Below are positions 12,234 through 22,337 of a stretch of DNA of 64,000 nucleotides, one piece after another. Source of the DNA: Thermoanaerobaculia bacterium (lineage in GTDB: Bacteria > Acidobacteriota > Thermoanaerobaculia > UBA5066); NCBI GenBank assembly GCA_963719225.1, contig CAVRAY010000001.1:2176001-2240000 (forward strand), written 5' to 3'. How positions within the stretch are numbered: the stretch's first letter is position 1; each line of letters opens with the position of its first letter. Both the position numbers and the translations under genes were made by a program. The notes under the pieces are model-generated. The model saw only the letters and a program-made list of their open reading frames with translations, searched no databases and was not told the DNA's origin.

Positions 12234-13562
12234 TCATTCGCGTCGACCGTCGTTCGACAGCCATCCTCCGGTGAACCCGGCGCGACGCAAGCCCTCGCGG
12301 ATCGAAGGACAGCGTTTCATGAGGTCCCAGAAGAACCCCGACCGATAGTTCTCGATCATCAGGACGATGGGGCCCTGGTTCAGGCCGTAGGTCCAGGGCG
12401 AGACCCAGCCGAGGCGGCCACCCTGTTTGCCCGGGTATGTCGCGTTGAACGTCGCCTCGAAGCCATAGGGATGGTTCTTGAGGTGGATCTCCTCGATGAA
12501 ATGGCGAATCGTCGGGAGCACGATCTCGGGCGCGAACGGAAGAGACGCGACGACCGACCACGGCGCGATCGTGCCGTCGTCCGGCCCGAACGGCGCGCCC
12601 CGTGCGACGTAATCGTAGAAGCGCCTTTCGACGCCGTCCACGACGAGCGTCGTGTTGCCCGGGCCGTCGCAGGCCGTGAGCCCCCAGCACCACTCCCCGT
12701 ACAAGGCATGGCCGAGCGGGTTGCGAATCGCGTACTGCTGGTGGACGAGCGTCGCCCGCCGGCTATTCTCGAAGTAGTCGATCCCGCGCTCGCGCATGGG
12801 AGCGTCCTGGATCTTCCGAAAGTCGATCCAGACGTGGGACAGCTGGTGGGTGAAGAGCGGCCCCGAGTAGAGGTACTCGTGACCGTAGATCTTCTTCCAC
12901 GAGTACGTCGTCGCCCACGCGGCGTAGGACCGGGCCGGGATCGGGTGCGTCGGCGAGGCGAGCGCGAGCACGTAGAGCAGGAGCGCTTCGTCGTACCCCT
13001 GCCAACGCCACGGGAGGAATCCGCTTTCCGGCCTCCAGCCATGGGTCAGGGTCGGGCCGTCGTTCAAGGCCCACTCCCAGTCGACGCGCTCCCAGATCTG
13101 CCGCGCGAGCGCCCGGATCCGCCGTTCCGATTCGGACGGCCCCTCGAAGTACACGGCCGCCGCTAGAACGCCGGCGATCAGAAAGGCGCTGTCGACCGTC
13201 GAGAGCTCGCACCGCCACGCTCGCCGCCCCGTCTTCATGTCGAGGAAGTGGTAGAAGAACCCCCGGTATCCGCTCGCGCCCGGCTCCTTTCCCTGGGGAG
13301 CGTTCCAGAGGAATTCGAGCGTCGTCTCGACCCGGCGGACCGCCTCCTCTCGATCGAGCAGCTTTCGCTCGACGCCCACCGGAAAGGCGGAGAGCGCGAG
13401 GCCGACCGCGGCGATGCTCGACGGCCAACCGGGAATGGTCTTGTCGGCGATCAGGCCGGTCGTCGCATTGAACTCGTTGAGGAAGTAGCCGAAGGTCTCC
13501 TTCTGAAGCTCGTGGCATAGCGCCGCGTCGTCGACGACGCCTGCCGGAGGTCGAGTGCTCAC
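12234..13562 (-). CDS. Glucoamylase-family / GH144-like glycoside hydrolase
   Basis: SSIAAVGLAL, GFFYHFLDM, ELSTVDSAFL, GPLFTHQLSHVWIDFR, GLNQGPIVLMIENYRSG. Confidence 0.85.
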   Translation of the reverse strand: MSTRPPAGVVDDAALCHELQKETFGYFLNEFNATTGLIADKTIPGWPSSIAAVGLALSAFPVGVERKLLDREEAVRRVETTLEFLWNAPQGKEPGASGYRGFFYHFLDMKTGRRAWRCELSTVDSAFLIAGVLAAAVYFEGPSESERRIRALARQIWERVDWEWALNDGPTLTHGWRPESGFLPWRWQGYDEALLLYVLALASPTHPIPARSYAAWATTYSWKKIYGHEYLYSGPLFTHQLSHVWIDFRKIQDAPMRERGIDYFENSRRATLVHQQYAIRNPLGHALYGEWCWGLTACDGPGNTTLVVDGVERRFYDYVARGAPFGPDDGTIAPWSVVASLPFAPEIVLPTIRHFIEEIHLKNHPYGFEATFNATYPGKQGGRLGWVSPWTYGLNQGPIVLMIENYRSGFFWDLMKRCPSIREGLRRAGFTGGWLSNDGRRE

Positions 13563-13612
13563 CGCGAGCCGACCGACCGCGCGACAAACATGCTAAGGGG
13601 CGCACATTTCAT

Positions 13613-14614
13613 TCAACGGTGGCGCCTCACGGCGAGAACGGAGCAAGGAGCCCAGCGGACGACCCTCTCGGCCACGCTCCCGACGAGGGCGTTTGCGAGA
13701 CCGGTGCTGCCCGAGTTGCCGACGACGACGAGGTCCGCCGGCAGTTCTCCCGTCAGCCGAAGAATGGACGCGCTAGCCCCACCGTGCGTGATGACGGCTT
13801 CCCCTTCCACGCCGAGGCGTTCAAGTGCTGCCAACAGCCGGTCTCGAGCGCAGCGGTCGCTTTCCATCTTCAAATCGCCCGAGAACAGCTGCAGGAGCGT
13901 TGCAACGACTTCCGGTCCGAATGCGTCCGGCTCCGGCTCGACGTTGTGGACAACGGTCAGGCTCGCTCCGCGACGGCGTGCTTCCTCCGCGGCCGACGTG
14001 ATCGCGGGGAGCGACCGATCCGAGAAGTCCGTGGCTGCGAGGATTTTCCCGCTTCGGGGACCGCGCCGCGCCACGAGGACGGAACAGCGCGCATGTCGGA
14101 CGACCCTCTCGGCCACCTCGCCGAGGTGCTGCATCCCGAGGCCCGTCGCTCCCTTGCTTCCGACCACGATCAGGTCGGCGCCGAGCTCGTCGGCTCGGTG
14201 CACGATCGCGGCGTGAGGCGCGCCCTCGACCACGAGTGCCTTGGCCTCGCTCGACGACGCGCCGGCCAGCGAGTCGACCCTCGAGATCAGTTCCTTCCGG
14301 GCCTGCTCGCGGGCGGCTTCGAAGGCCGCCCGAGCTCGGAGGTGGCGCCTCAGGCGAGTGAGCGCCGGATGTCTCCCGTCCGGGCTCGACGTCACGTGGA
14401 GGACCTCGAGAGAAGCGCCGTAGGCGTGGGACAGGATGCCGGCCTGGCGGATCGCCTCGTCGGCGCCTTCGCTCAGGTCGCTGGCGCAGACGATGCGGCG
14501 AAGCGGGCTGACGCTCCTTGCCTGGCGTTCCGGACCGAGCGCTCTCACGGCGTCGACCGCCGCTGCGTCAGGCTGCGACCCAGGCCGTGGCATCGTCGAA
14601 TTCATGGTCACCAA
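13613..14614 (-). CDS. Universal stress protein, tandem USP domains (start uncertain)
   Basis: Two USP domains, each ending G.VAERVVR.A.CSVL. Confidence 0.9.
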   Translation of the reverse strand: MVTMNSTMPRPGSQPDAAAVDAVRALGPERQARSVSPLRRIVCASDLSEGADEAIRQAGILSHAYGASLEVLHVTSSPDGRHPALTRLRRHLRARAAFEAAREQARKELISRVDSLAGASSSEAKALVVEGAPHAAIVHRADELGADLIVVGSKGATGLGMQHLGEVAERVVRHARCSVLVARRGPRSGKILAATDFSDRSLPAITSAAEEARRRGASLTVVHNVEPEPDAFGPEVVATLLQLFSGDLKMESDRCARDRLLAALERLGVEGEAVITHGGASASILRLTGELPADLVVVGNSGSTGLANALVGSVAERVVRWAPCSVLAVRRHR

Positions 14615-14930
14615 AGACCCTCACCGGGCAAGAGACGAGGAACCCGAGTACTTTTACTGCGTCGGCGACCCAGTGCGAGTCCGTGACGATTGCAACCCGC
14701 TCGAAGGCCTTGCGGTTCCTCAGGCCGACCACGGCGTCGTCCCAGAGGGCGGCGGCCGTGAAGCCGGCGAACTCGGATCCGATCCGATAGAGGAAGCGGA
14801 TCTTCTCGTGTTGCGTGAGCGCCTTCTCGACTGCCGGTATCAGGACAGACTCGTAGTCTCTGCCCGTGACCTTGCCTTTTGCCGAGATGGCGACGACGTT
14901 TTCCGGAACTCCGGCGATTACCTCAAGCAT
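14568..14930 (-). CDS. SpoIIAA-like (STAS/SEC14) domain protein
   Basis: NVVAISAKGKVTGRDYE...ALWDD...FERVAIVTDSHW. Confidence 0.85.
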   Translation of the reverse strand: MLEVIAGVPENVVAISAKGKVTGRDYESVLIPAVEKALTQHEKIRFLYRIGSEFAGFTAAALWDDAVVGLRNRKAFERVAIVTDSHWVADAVKVLGFLVSCPVRVFGDHEFDDATAWVAA

Positions 14931-15666
14931 GAGATCCCTCTTTCTTTGTAGGTCCTTCCCCCTGAACCCCCCGGCCGGCTGATGAACTCGCAAACCGTGT
15001 ACCCGTGAGCACCTCCGTACAGAGCCCGAACGAACAGACGACCTCACGGTGGGCGACGAGCCAGCCAGGCGGAATGAACGGTACGAGACGAAGGGGGCGG
15101 CATCCCCCGACGAGCCGCGGGCTTCGGGAATGGACGGCCGTCCAAAGCCGGCTCAGGAGACGCGACGGCAGACTCTCGCCGAACGTCAGGCTCGCCAGGC
15201 AGAGCATCCCGCCCGGAGCGAGGACGCGTGCCGCCTCGAGAAGCGCGGCACGGATCTCGTCCTCGCCGAGCAGGTCGAGGACGTACGTCGAAAGAAACCG
15301 GTCGCAGGCTGCGTCGGCAAGAGGAAGGGCCGGCGGCCCCGATGTCAGGTGCACGCGCGCCCGACCGGCCCACGGTCTCAGCCGAGCCTCGGCCAGCCCG
15401 ACCATCGTGGGGCTGACGTCGATCCCGTCGTACGTGGCGTGTGCGGAGAGCCGTTCGCGCAGGAGGCGCTCCGCGAGGCGGCCGGTTCCGCACCCGAGCT
15501 CCACGACCGCGCTCGCGCTCTCGAAGAAAGCATGGTCGAGAAGAGCGTCGATCGGCCGGTCTTCGTAGAAACGCTGGAGGTCCTGCTTGGAGCCGAAGGC
15601 GTCGTAAAACGCCCGTGCCTCCTCTTGGGAAAAGACGCCCCGCTTCTCCGTGTGGTCACGGCCCAC
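14923..15666 (-). CDS. Class I SAM-dependent methyltransferase
   Basis: VVELGCGTG, GIDVSPTM, STYVLDLL, RVLAPGG. Confidence 0.85.
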   Translation of the reverse strand: MGRDHTEKRGVFSQEEARAFYDAFGSKQDLQRFYEDRPIDALLDHAFFESASAVVELGCGTGRLAERLLRERLSAHATYDGIDVSPTMVGLAEARLRPWAGRARVHLTSGPPALPLADAACDRFLSTYVLDLLGEDEIRAALLEAARVLAPGGMLCLASLTFGESLPSRLLSRLWTAVHSRSPRLVGGCRPLRLVPFIPPGWLVAHREVVCSFGLCTEVLTGTRFASSSAGRGVQGEGPTKKEGSHA

Positions 15667-15674
15667 GCTCCGGA

Positions 15675-15980
15675 TTATCCAGCGTGTTCGATCCTGTGGA
15701 AGACCAGGGTGATCTCGTCCTTGCCCTTCCGGACCACGAATCCGTTCGGATCCGCGCCGGCAGGAAGGGGAAGGACCTTCTCGACGCTCTCGGTCGTCTC
15801 GAAGTCGCTCCCGCCCTTCTTCACGTCCTTGCTGGCTTCATAGCGGAAGCGGATGCGGTTCGCGTTGACGTCGAGCTTGACCGAGTTCTCCTTGAGCCCG
15901 GGGATCCCGAGCCCTCCTTCGACGGCCGAAGGGCGGGCCCGAACGGCCCTGATCCGACCGCCGCAACGCTCGTGTTGCAA
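15675..15980 (-). pseudogene. Hsp20/alpha-crystallin-like C-terminal fragment
   Basis: IPGLKENSVKLDV...EKVLPLPAGADP; no convincing N-terminus before the junction near 16020. Confidence 0.45.
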
Positions 15981-16039
15981 CGCGCGTACCGGCAGAAATG
16001 GCGCGGTGATCCGGCCCCAGGCGAACTAATATTTTGACC

Positions 16040-16356
16040 TGGGATTCCTCATCGCCTCGGGAGCAGCGAGCCTGAGTCTCGTCCGCTCGCTTCCCGTCGT
16101 GATCCTGTCGCTCGTCGTCCTCTGCGTCGGAATGTTCTTCGTCCAGGGCACGGCCCCGGCCTTCGTGAACACGACCGCCCGGGAGGCGAAGGGCGGCGCG
16201 GGCGCTCTGTACACGACTTTCTATTACGTCGGGGCGACTTTCGGCTCGGTCCTGCCGGGCTATGCGTGGCAGGCGTTCGGCTGGCCGGGCGTCGTTGCGA
16301 CGTGTCTGGCGGCGTTCGCCGTCGGCCTCCTGTCGGATCTGGCCCTCTGCGCCTAA
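16040..16356 (+). pseudogene. 3' fragment of an MFS transporter, diverged duplicate of the end of the gene at 4231-5397
   Basis: CVGMFFVQGTAPAFVNTT...ALYTTFYYVGATFGSVLPG...LSDLALCA matches the peptide at 5160-5397. Confidence 0.85.
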
Positions 16357-16458
16357 ACACGGCATATGATTCATTCGCATCAGCGATTGAACTGCCCGGC
16401 ATGTTCCATTATCCTTTTCGCCATCCAATACGTCCGGCCTAGGAGGAGAGAAGCTCTC

Positions 16459-17627
16459 ATGCCGATTTCCGCGTACCGCGCATTGCGGACGACGACCGTC
16501 CGGGGCCTCACCGCCGCCTTTTTCCTGCTTGCCTTCGGCCGGGCCCAATGCGTTCGAGCCCAGGCCATCATCAAGGTGAACGACAGCATCAACTTCAAGC
16601 TGGGCATCCTTCTCCAGCCGCAGGTGGACTTCCAGGAGCTCGCGAACGCGACGCAAAACGGAACCAACGGCTACCAGCAGAACATGTTCATTCGCCGCAC
16701 GCGCCTCCTCCTCGGCGGCCAGGTGGCGAAGAACGTCTTCTTCTTCGCGGAGACGGAGAACTCGACGCTCGGAAAGTCGACGCAGGCCGTGGGCGGAACC
16801 ACGGGAACGAAGGCGCCCGGGTCGGGTTTCAACCTCGTCGATGCGGTCGCCGAGTGGCGCATCGCGAAAGAGTTCAACATCCAGTTCGGCGAGATCCGGT
16901 CGCCGTACAGCCGCGAGGGTTTGAAGAGCAGCCCGAGCCAGTTCATGCTCGACCTCTCGGCCTACGCGTTCCTCACGAGCTCGCCGCTCCAGAACAACGC
17001 CGGTCGCGACACGGGCATGATGTTCCGCGGCTATTTCCTGTGCGACCGCCTGGAGTACCGCTCCGCGATCTTCGGCGGCGTCCGCCTGCCGGGCGTCAAG
17101 AACTCGCCGCGATTCGTCGAGCGCCTCCAGTACAACTTTTTCGATACCGAGGTCTACAACTTCGTCTCGTACGCGGGTTCGTATCTCGGCACGAAGAGGA
17201 TTCTCGCGGTGGGCGCTGCGTACGACGTCCAGGGCGATTACCGGTACGCCTCGGCCGACATGTACCTCGACTGGCCGATTCCGATCGGCTCGTTCGAATC
17301 CACGATCCAGTACCAGTACGTCAACGGCGGCAGGTTCGTCACCGCGCTGCCGCAGCAGAGCACCTTCCAGATCGAGGGCGGCGTCTACATCAAGCCGATA
17401 GGAGTGGCCCCGATCGCCCGGTACGAGCAGAAGACGTTCCCAGCCGCCAACCCGAGCCTTCGACCGCGCCGAAGAACGAAGATCGCGTCGCCCTCGGCCT
17501 GAACTTCTATCCGATCCAGAAGTCTCCTTACAACTTCAACCTCAAGGTCTGGTGGCAGCGCGTGCATGTCAAGCCGGGTTACGCCACGAACCAGTTCACG
17601 TTCCAGATGCAGGCCTACTACTTCTGA
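16459..17627 (+). CDS. Outer-membrane porin-like protein (OprO/P-like; frameshift near 17460)
   Basis: AGGAGG upstream, signal peptide, FIRRTRLLLGGQ, GRDTGMMFRG, C-terminal QMQAYYF. Confidence 0.7.
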
Positions 17628-17718
17628 TCTCGCCGCGCCACAGGGCGCGTTTCCGGAATCGATCGCACAAACCACCGCCCCTCTTTCCGAGGGGCGGTCC
17701 CGTCATGGAGGAGAGCTC

Positions 17719-18932
17719 ATGAAATCGAACCGACCCTCCCGCTTGCTCCTCGTCCTCGCCGGCGCGCTCCTGGCGGCCCTTCCCGCCCCCGCCCAGGACG
17801 TCATCAAGATCGGAGCCGTGCTGCCCGTCACGGGCAAGGAATCCAAGATCGGGGGCGCCTTCAAGGCGGCCACGGAATACGCCGTCAAGGAAGTGAACGA
17901 CGCCGGCGGGCTCGACGTGGGCGGCAAGAAGATGAAGGTCGAACTCTCCCTTCTCGACGACACCTCGGACGGCGCCCGCAGCGCGCAGCTCGTCGAGCAG
18001 CTCATGGCCCAGCAGAAGGTCCACGCCGTCATCGGCGGCTACGGCTCCCAGCTCGTGCAGGCGCAGAGCGTCGTTCCCGACCGCTACGGGATTCCGTACG
18101 TCTCCGGCGGAGCGGGCGCGACGAGCATCTACGGGCGCAGCAAGTGGGTCTTCGGAGTGCTTTCGCCCGTCGAGAACCTCGCGTCGACGCAGATGGATTT
18201 CCTCTCGGATCTCGTCGCCCAGGGGAAGCTGAAAAAGCCGCTGACGATCGCCCTCCTGATGGAGAACACCGAGCACGGAAAGGACTTCCAGAAGGGAGTC
18301 AAGGACTACGCGAAGGCGCATGCCCCGAGTTCTCCGTCGTCCTCGACGAGAGCTTCGAGCTTTACGCGCCCGACTTCAAGCCGCTCCTGGGCCGCGTCGC
18401 GGCGGCGAAGGCCGACCTCTTCATGTGCGACGCGCACCTCGAGGACTACATCTCGATGCAGCGCGCATACACGCAGATGGGCCTGTATCACCAGATGGTC
18501 ACTTACGGAGCTCGCGGCGCGGACGAGGCGGGACGAAAGGGCCTTGGAGCCGCGACGGACTACATCTTTGCGAGCGGCTGGTGGTCCGACCTCCTGCCCT
18601 ATCCGCAGGTAAAGGCTTTCACGGCGAAGTGGAAAGCGGCTGCCGGATCCGCGCCGCAGTGGTACCACGCGACGGCTTACGAGGCCGTGCGCGCGCTCTT
18701 CTCGGCGATCCACAAGGCCGGATCGCTGAAGCCCGAGCCCATCCGCGCGGCGCTCGCCGGAATCGAGCTGAAAGACTCGATCCTGCCGGGCGGCGTCCTG
18801 AAGTTCACGAAGACGGGCCAGGCCGTCCTCCCCTTCGTCGTGACGCAGAACAAGCCGAACGGCAAGGTCGATCTCGTGTGGCCGAAGGAGGCGCGTACGG
18901 GGGAACCCGTCGCCCCGATGCCGAAGCCGTGA
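17719..18932 (+). CDS. Branched-chain amino acid-type ABC substrate-binding protein (frameshift near 18325)
   Basis: Signal peptide, IKIGAVLPVTG, EVNDAGGL.VGGKK, LLDDTSD; continues in ORF 18144-18932. Confidence 0.88.
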
Positions 18933-19402
18933 GGAACGGGACCCGCGTCGTCGCTCCGCTCGCCCCCGTCTTCGAGAGCGTCGTCGGGTCGACGATGAGG
19001 CCCGGCGATCGCGGCACCGCGAAGCTCGTCCGCGACTGGGGCGACCGGCTCGTCACCATCCGCTACCGCTACAGCAATTCGCCGCCAACGCGGTTCACGA
19101 CAGTCGAGCTCGTCGTCGCGTCGGCGCCATGGGCCCCTAAGGCTTCACGGAGCGTCCTCGTCGAGGTCCGGTCGTGGGAGGGAGAGCTCAGGGAGAAGAT
19201 TCGAGCCGCCGGCGGGCGGTTCGTTCTGAAGGCCATGCGCTGGCGAATCCGCTACGACAAGGCGATCGCCCTCGGCCTGAAGGATCGTGTTTCGTTCCTG
19301 GTCCCGCATGCCCCGCCAACCCCGAGAACCTCTACACCCGTAGGGACGCGAAAATCACTACCTGCACAGACATCCGGTCGGTTCAAGGGCAAAAGCACCT
19401 AG
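18929..19402 (+). CDS. Small basic hypothetical protein immediately upstream of the attI-like site
   Basis: GTG overlaps the upstream TGA (alternative ATG at 18995); RPGDRGTAKLVRDWGDRLVTIRYRY...FTTVELVV...ELREKIRAAGGRF...LGLKDRV. Confidence 0.7.
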   Translation: MRNGTRVVAPLAPVFESVVGSTMRPGDRGTAKLVRDWGDRLVTIRYRYSNSPPTRFTTVELVVASAPWAPKASRSVLVEVRSWEGELREKIRAAGGRFVLKAMRWRIRYDKAIALGLKDRVSFLVPHAPPTPRTSTPVGTRKSLPAQTSGRFKGKST

Positions 19403-20731
19403 CAGGCTGCTGAAGAAAGGGCTCTTTTTCAAAGGAGCTTGAGCGGGAGAAGACACGTCAAGCTGAAAGAGGGGATTGCTTCGAGAGAGTGAGTCCGTGC
19501 TGCTCGCCTTTTTCGGCCCGCTTCGGTCGCACCGAGGGGCGCTTCAGGGGGAATCAGGCGGTCGAGGACTCCATTCGCGCCATTCGGACGAGGTTGTAGG
19601 CCGTCATCACGCTGAGGACGTGAGCCGCCACGCGGGCGAGTCCTCGGAAGCGCGTCTTGGCCAGGCCTCCGATGGTCTTACTCCAGCCGAAGATTTCTTC
19701 GACGCGCTTCCTGATTCGCTGGCTCACGGCGTAGCCCGCGTGTCTCGTCGTCCTTCGGTCGATGGCGCTGCGCCTGTTGGTGGTGTTCTGGGCCACGTGG
19801 GGCGTGACGCCTCTCTCTCGGAGCCTTTCGATGAAATCCCTCGTGTCGTAGCCCTTGTCGCCGGCCAGCGTGATGCGCTTGTCCGAGCCCAGCTCGTCGA
19901 CCATGCCCAGTGCGGCCGACCTCTCCCCGTAGCCGTCGGCCGTCGTTACGCGCGCCTTCACGCACAGTCCGTTTCTGTTCTCCATCAAGACGTGGCCGAG
20001 GTAGCACAGCTGCGAAGGCTGGCCGTCTCCCTTCTTGTAGAGCTTGGCGTCGGGATCGGTCGTCGAGGCGTGCGTGTCGTTGCGCCTCTTCTGGCCGCGA
20101 AAGTCGACATCGGCGTTGCGGCCGCCAGGAGCTGGCGGCTCATCGCCGCCCTTACCGTCCTTGTCCTTCCGGGGCTGGAAGCTCTTCAAGGAGGCGTTCG
20201 CTTCGATCAGCGTGCCGTCCACGGTGAAGTGCTCGTCCGAGAGAAGAAACTTCTTGCGGGCCTGTGCGACGACTTCCGAGAAGAACTCCCCGAAGACCTC
20301 GGCCTCCAACAGTCTCTGGCGGTTCTTCGAGAAGGTCGTCGGATCGAAGGCCGGTGCAAGCCCCGGCATGTCCAGGAACCAGCGGAAGAGAAAGTCGTAC
20401 CCGAGCCGCTCGCAGAAGAGCCGCTCGCTTCTCACGCTGTACAGCGCGATGAGGATCTGCGCCTTGAGAAGCATCTCGGGCGGAATCGATGGACGCCCTC
20501 GCTCCGAGTACAGCCTGGCGAGCTTGGGCTCGAGACGCCTGAGCGCTTCGTCTGCAAGCGCCTTCACCTTGCGGATCGGGTGGTCCCGCGGCACGAGCTC
20601 CTCGGGCGTCATCGTCACGACAAGATCGACCTGCTTTTCGTTGTCTCCACGCATGCACACCAAGGTGCAGCCGCATCGCGCAGCAGTCAATGCCTCGCCG
20701 CGATTTTCAGGAGCCCTTTTTCAGCAGCCTG
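19403..20731 (-). mobile_element. IS5-family insertion sequence with CTAG target duplication
   Basis: Terminal inverted repeats CAGGCTGCTGAAGAAAGGGCTC / GAGCCCTTTTTCAGCAGCCTG; CTAG at 19399-19402 and 20732-20735. Confidence 0.93.
19554..20654 (-). CDS. IS5-family DDE transposase
   Basis: GRPSIPPEMLLKA, FTVDGTLIEA, STTDPDAKL, LAGDKGYD, RKRVEEIFGWSK. Confidence 0.95.
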   Translation of the reverse strand: MRGDNEKQVDLVVTMTPEELVPRDHPIRKVKALADEALRRLEPKLARLYSERGRPSIPPEMLLKAQILIALYSVRSERLFCERLGYDFLFRWFLDMPGLAPAFDPTTFSKNRQRLLEAEVFGEFFSEVVAQARKKFLLSDEHFTVDGTLIEANASLKSFQPRKDKDGKGGDEPPAPGGRNADVDFRGQKRRNDTHASTTDPDAKLYKKGDGQPSQLCYLGHVLMENRNGLCVKARVTTADGYGERSAALGMVDELGSDKRITLAGDKGYDTRDFIERLRERGVTPHVAQNTTNRRSAIDRRTTRHAGYAVSQRIRKRVEEIFGWSKTIGGLAKTRFRGLARVAAHVLSVMTAYNLVRMARMESSTA

Positions 20732-20755
20732 CTAGATGCAGATACCGCTCTTGCC

Positions 20756-20773
20756 GTCTAATACTAGTTAGGC
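20756..20773 (+). other. Putative attI recombination site
   Basis: GTCTAATACTAGTTAGGC. The first cassette starts GTTAGGCGGCC and ends GGCCGCCTAAC, and no attC precedes this GTT. Confidence 0.7.
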
Positions 20774-20787
20774 GGCCATCAAGCGCA

Positions 20788-21225
20788 ATGCGTCGCTTCC
20801 GCGTCCTCCTCGCATTCATCCTGCCAGCTCTGCTGCTGCTCGAATACCTCTGCTTCTCCAACGTCTCGCTCTTTGACGATAGCGGGCGCGACGGCCTGCG
20901 CTTTGGCACGAGTTACTCATTCCTGCCTGTCGGGGACCGCGCATCGCACGTGCTCTACTGGTGCCAGCCCGTTCTAACATTTCCCGTCCGTCCGGTACTT
21001 CAACTCTCGGGTCGCGGTCTACCCGTGCCCTCTGCATTCCCACCCACCGGTATTCGAGGCGTCGCGTTTCGCGTCGCCTATCCCTTCTTCCGCAACCCGC
21101 TAACCGAACGTGCGGTGCGCTTGAACCTCGCGTGGCTCGCGGTTCTAAATCTCACCCTCCAGGCGAGCATCCTTTTTCTCCTCGTGCGGCTACGTTCGGC
21201 TCTCCGGCCGGCCGAGGCCGCCTAA
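20788..21225 (+). CDS. Cassette 1: hypothetical membrane protein
   Basis: ORF fills the cassette; stop TAA lies within the attC R'' box; two hydrophobic segments. Confidence 0.7.
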   Translation: MRRFRVLLAFILPALLLLEYLCFSNVSLFDDSGRDGLRFGTSYSFLPVGDRASHVLYWCQPVLTFPVRPVLQLSGRGLPVPSAFPPTGIRGVAFRVAYPFFRNPLTERAVRLNLAWLAVLNLTLQASILFLLVRLRSALRPAEAA

Positions 21226-21279
21226 CAACGCGCTGCAGCGGACTCGCTACGCTCGCCGCTGAGCTTGATATCGTTAGGC
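21220..21279 (+). repeat. attC site 1 (60 bp)
   Basis: GCCTAAC-AACGC-GCTGCAGC...GCTGAGC-TTGATATC-GTTAGGC. Confidence 0.95.
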
Positions 21280-21317
21280 CGCATTCACGGGTTTCCGGAG
21301 ACACTGGAGGCCACATC

Positions 21318-21794
21318 ATGCTCGGCGCATTACTCCCGCGGCGTATGGACAATGAGTATCGCGGCCACACGTTGGCGCTCTGGCTCTTTGGCCTGGTAAT
21401 CGCAATGAAGAGCACCCAGAGCCTAGCCATCATTTTCAACGGGTACCCGACGGCAAGAGATGCCGACGGGATTCCACTCGATTCATTCACACCGGCGGTC
21501 GCGCAAACGGTGGTCGCGGTTTTTGCTCAAGGATCGCTTTGGCGCCTATTCTTCTGTCTCCTGTGCGTGCTCGTGCTCTTTCGATATCGAAGCGCGGTCC
21601 CCTTGATGTTCGGGCTCCTCGCGTTGAACTACCTGGCCGCACAGCTGATCCTGATCTTCGTTCCACTACCTCGCGTGGGGGCGCCGGTCGGGCCGCTGGT
21701 GAACCTAGGCTTGTTCGTCGTCATGCTCGTTGGCCTAGGGCTTTCGCTGTGGCGCCGCGGTGGCTCCGTCGCGAACGAGTCACGCGCGGCCTAA
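21318..21794 (+). CDS. Cassette 2: hypothetical 4-TM membrane protein
   Basis: GGAGG RBS; MLGALLPRRMDNEYRG...ADGIPLDSF; stop in attC. Confidence 0.8.
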   Translation: MLGALLPRRMDNEYRGHTLALWLFGLVIAMKSTQSLAIIFNGYPTARDADGIPLDSFTPAVAQTVVAVFAQGSLWRLFFCLLCVLVLFRYRSAVPLMFGLLALNYLAAQLILIFVPLPRVGAPVGPLVNLGLFVVMLVGLGLSLWRRGGSVANESRAA

Positions 21795-21848
21795 CAACGC
21801 GCTGCAGCGGACTCGCTACGCTCGCCGCTGAGCTTGATATCGTTAGGC
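21789..21848 (+). repeat. attC site 2
   Basis: Identical to attC 1. Confidence 0.95.
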
Positions 21849-21852
21849 GCCG

Positions 21853-22337
21853 ATGAGTCGACCTTTAGGAGGTTCCGTGCTGCCTCGAAGCCCGTTTCCC
21901 GCCGGACTAGCAGTTTTTAGCGGCGGCATCGCCGGGCTGCTGGGGTCCTTCATTGTATTCTTCGTTCTAGGCACCTCTAGCATCTTTGTTACTGCATCAT
22001 CCACCCGCAACCCAGCATTCCCCTGGGTGTTCTGATTGCATTCAGCGAGGCAGTTATGGGCGCAGTGGCCTACGGCTGGCTATCGCTGCCTCTCGGTATC
22101 CTTTCAGCCTTCGCAATCGCGGCCACAACGCGCACCTTCCCGTCGTCCGCGCCACTCGTAGTCGGCGGTGTTTCGGCTCTACTGGTTGGCGTCATGGCCT
22201 ACTTCGCGGTTGCACTCGTGCCGAGTCGCTGGGAGCTCTCGCCTGTTTACATCAGCGCGGTCACCGCCGGCTTCACCTGGCTCGGAGGTGTCTTCTTCGC
22301 GCGCCGCACCCGTTTAGCTACACCAGACGGCGCCTAA
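21853..22337 (+). CDS. Cassette 3: hydrophobic hypothetical protein (two ORF pieces, probably one frameshifted gene)
   Basis: ORFs 21853-22035 and 22056-22337 are both hydrophobic; stop in attC. Confidence 0.55.

Noticed and set aside
18900-20800. Integron integrase (intI)
   Set aside because: No tyrosine-recombinase motifs (R...HxLRHS...LGH...Y) seen in any listed ORF
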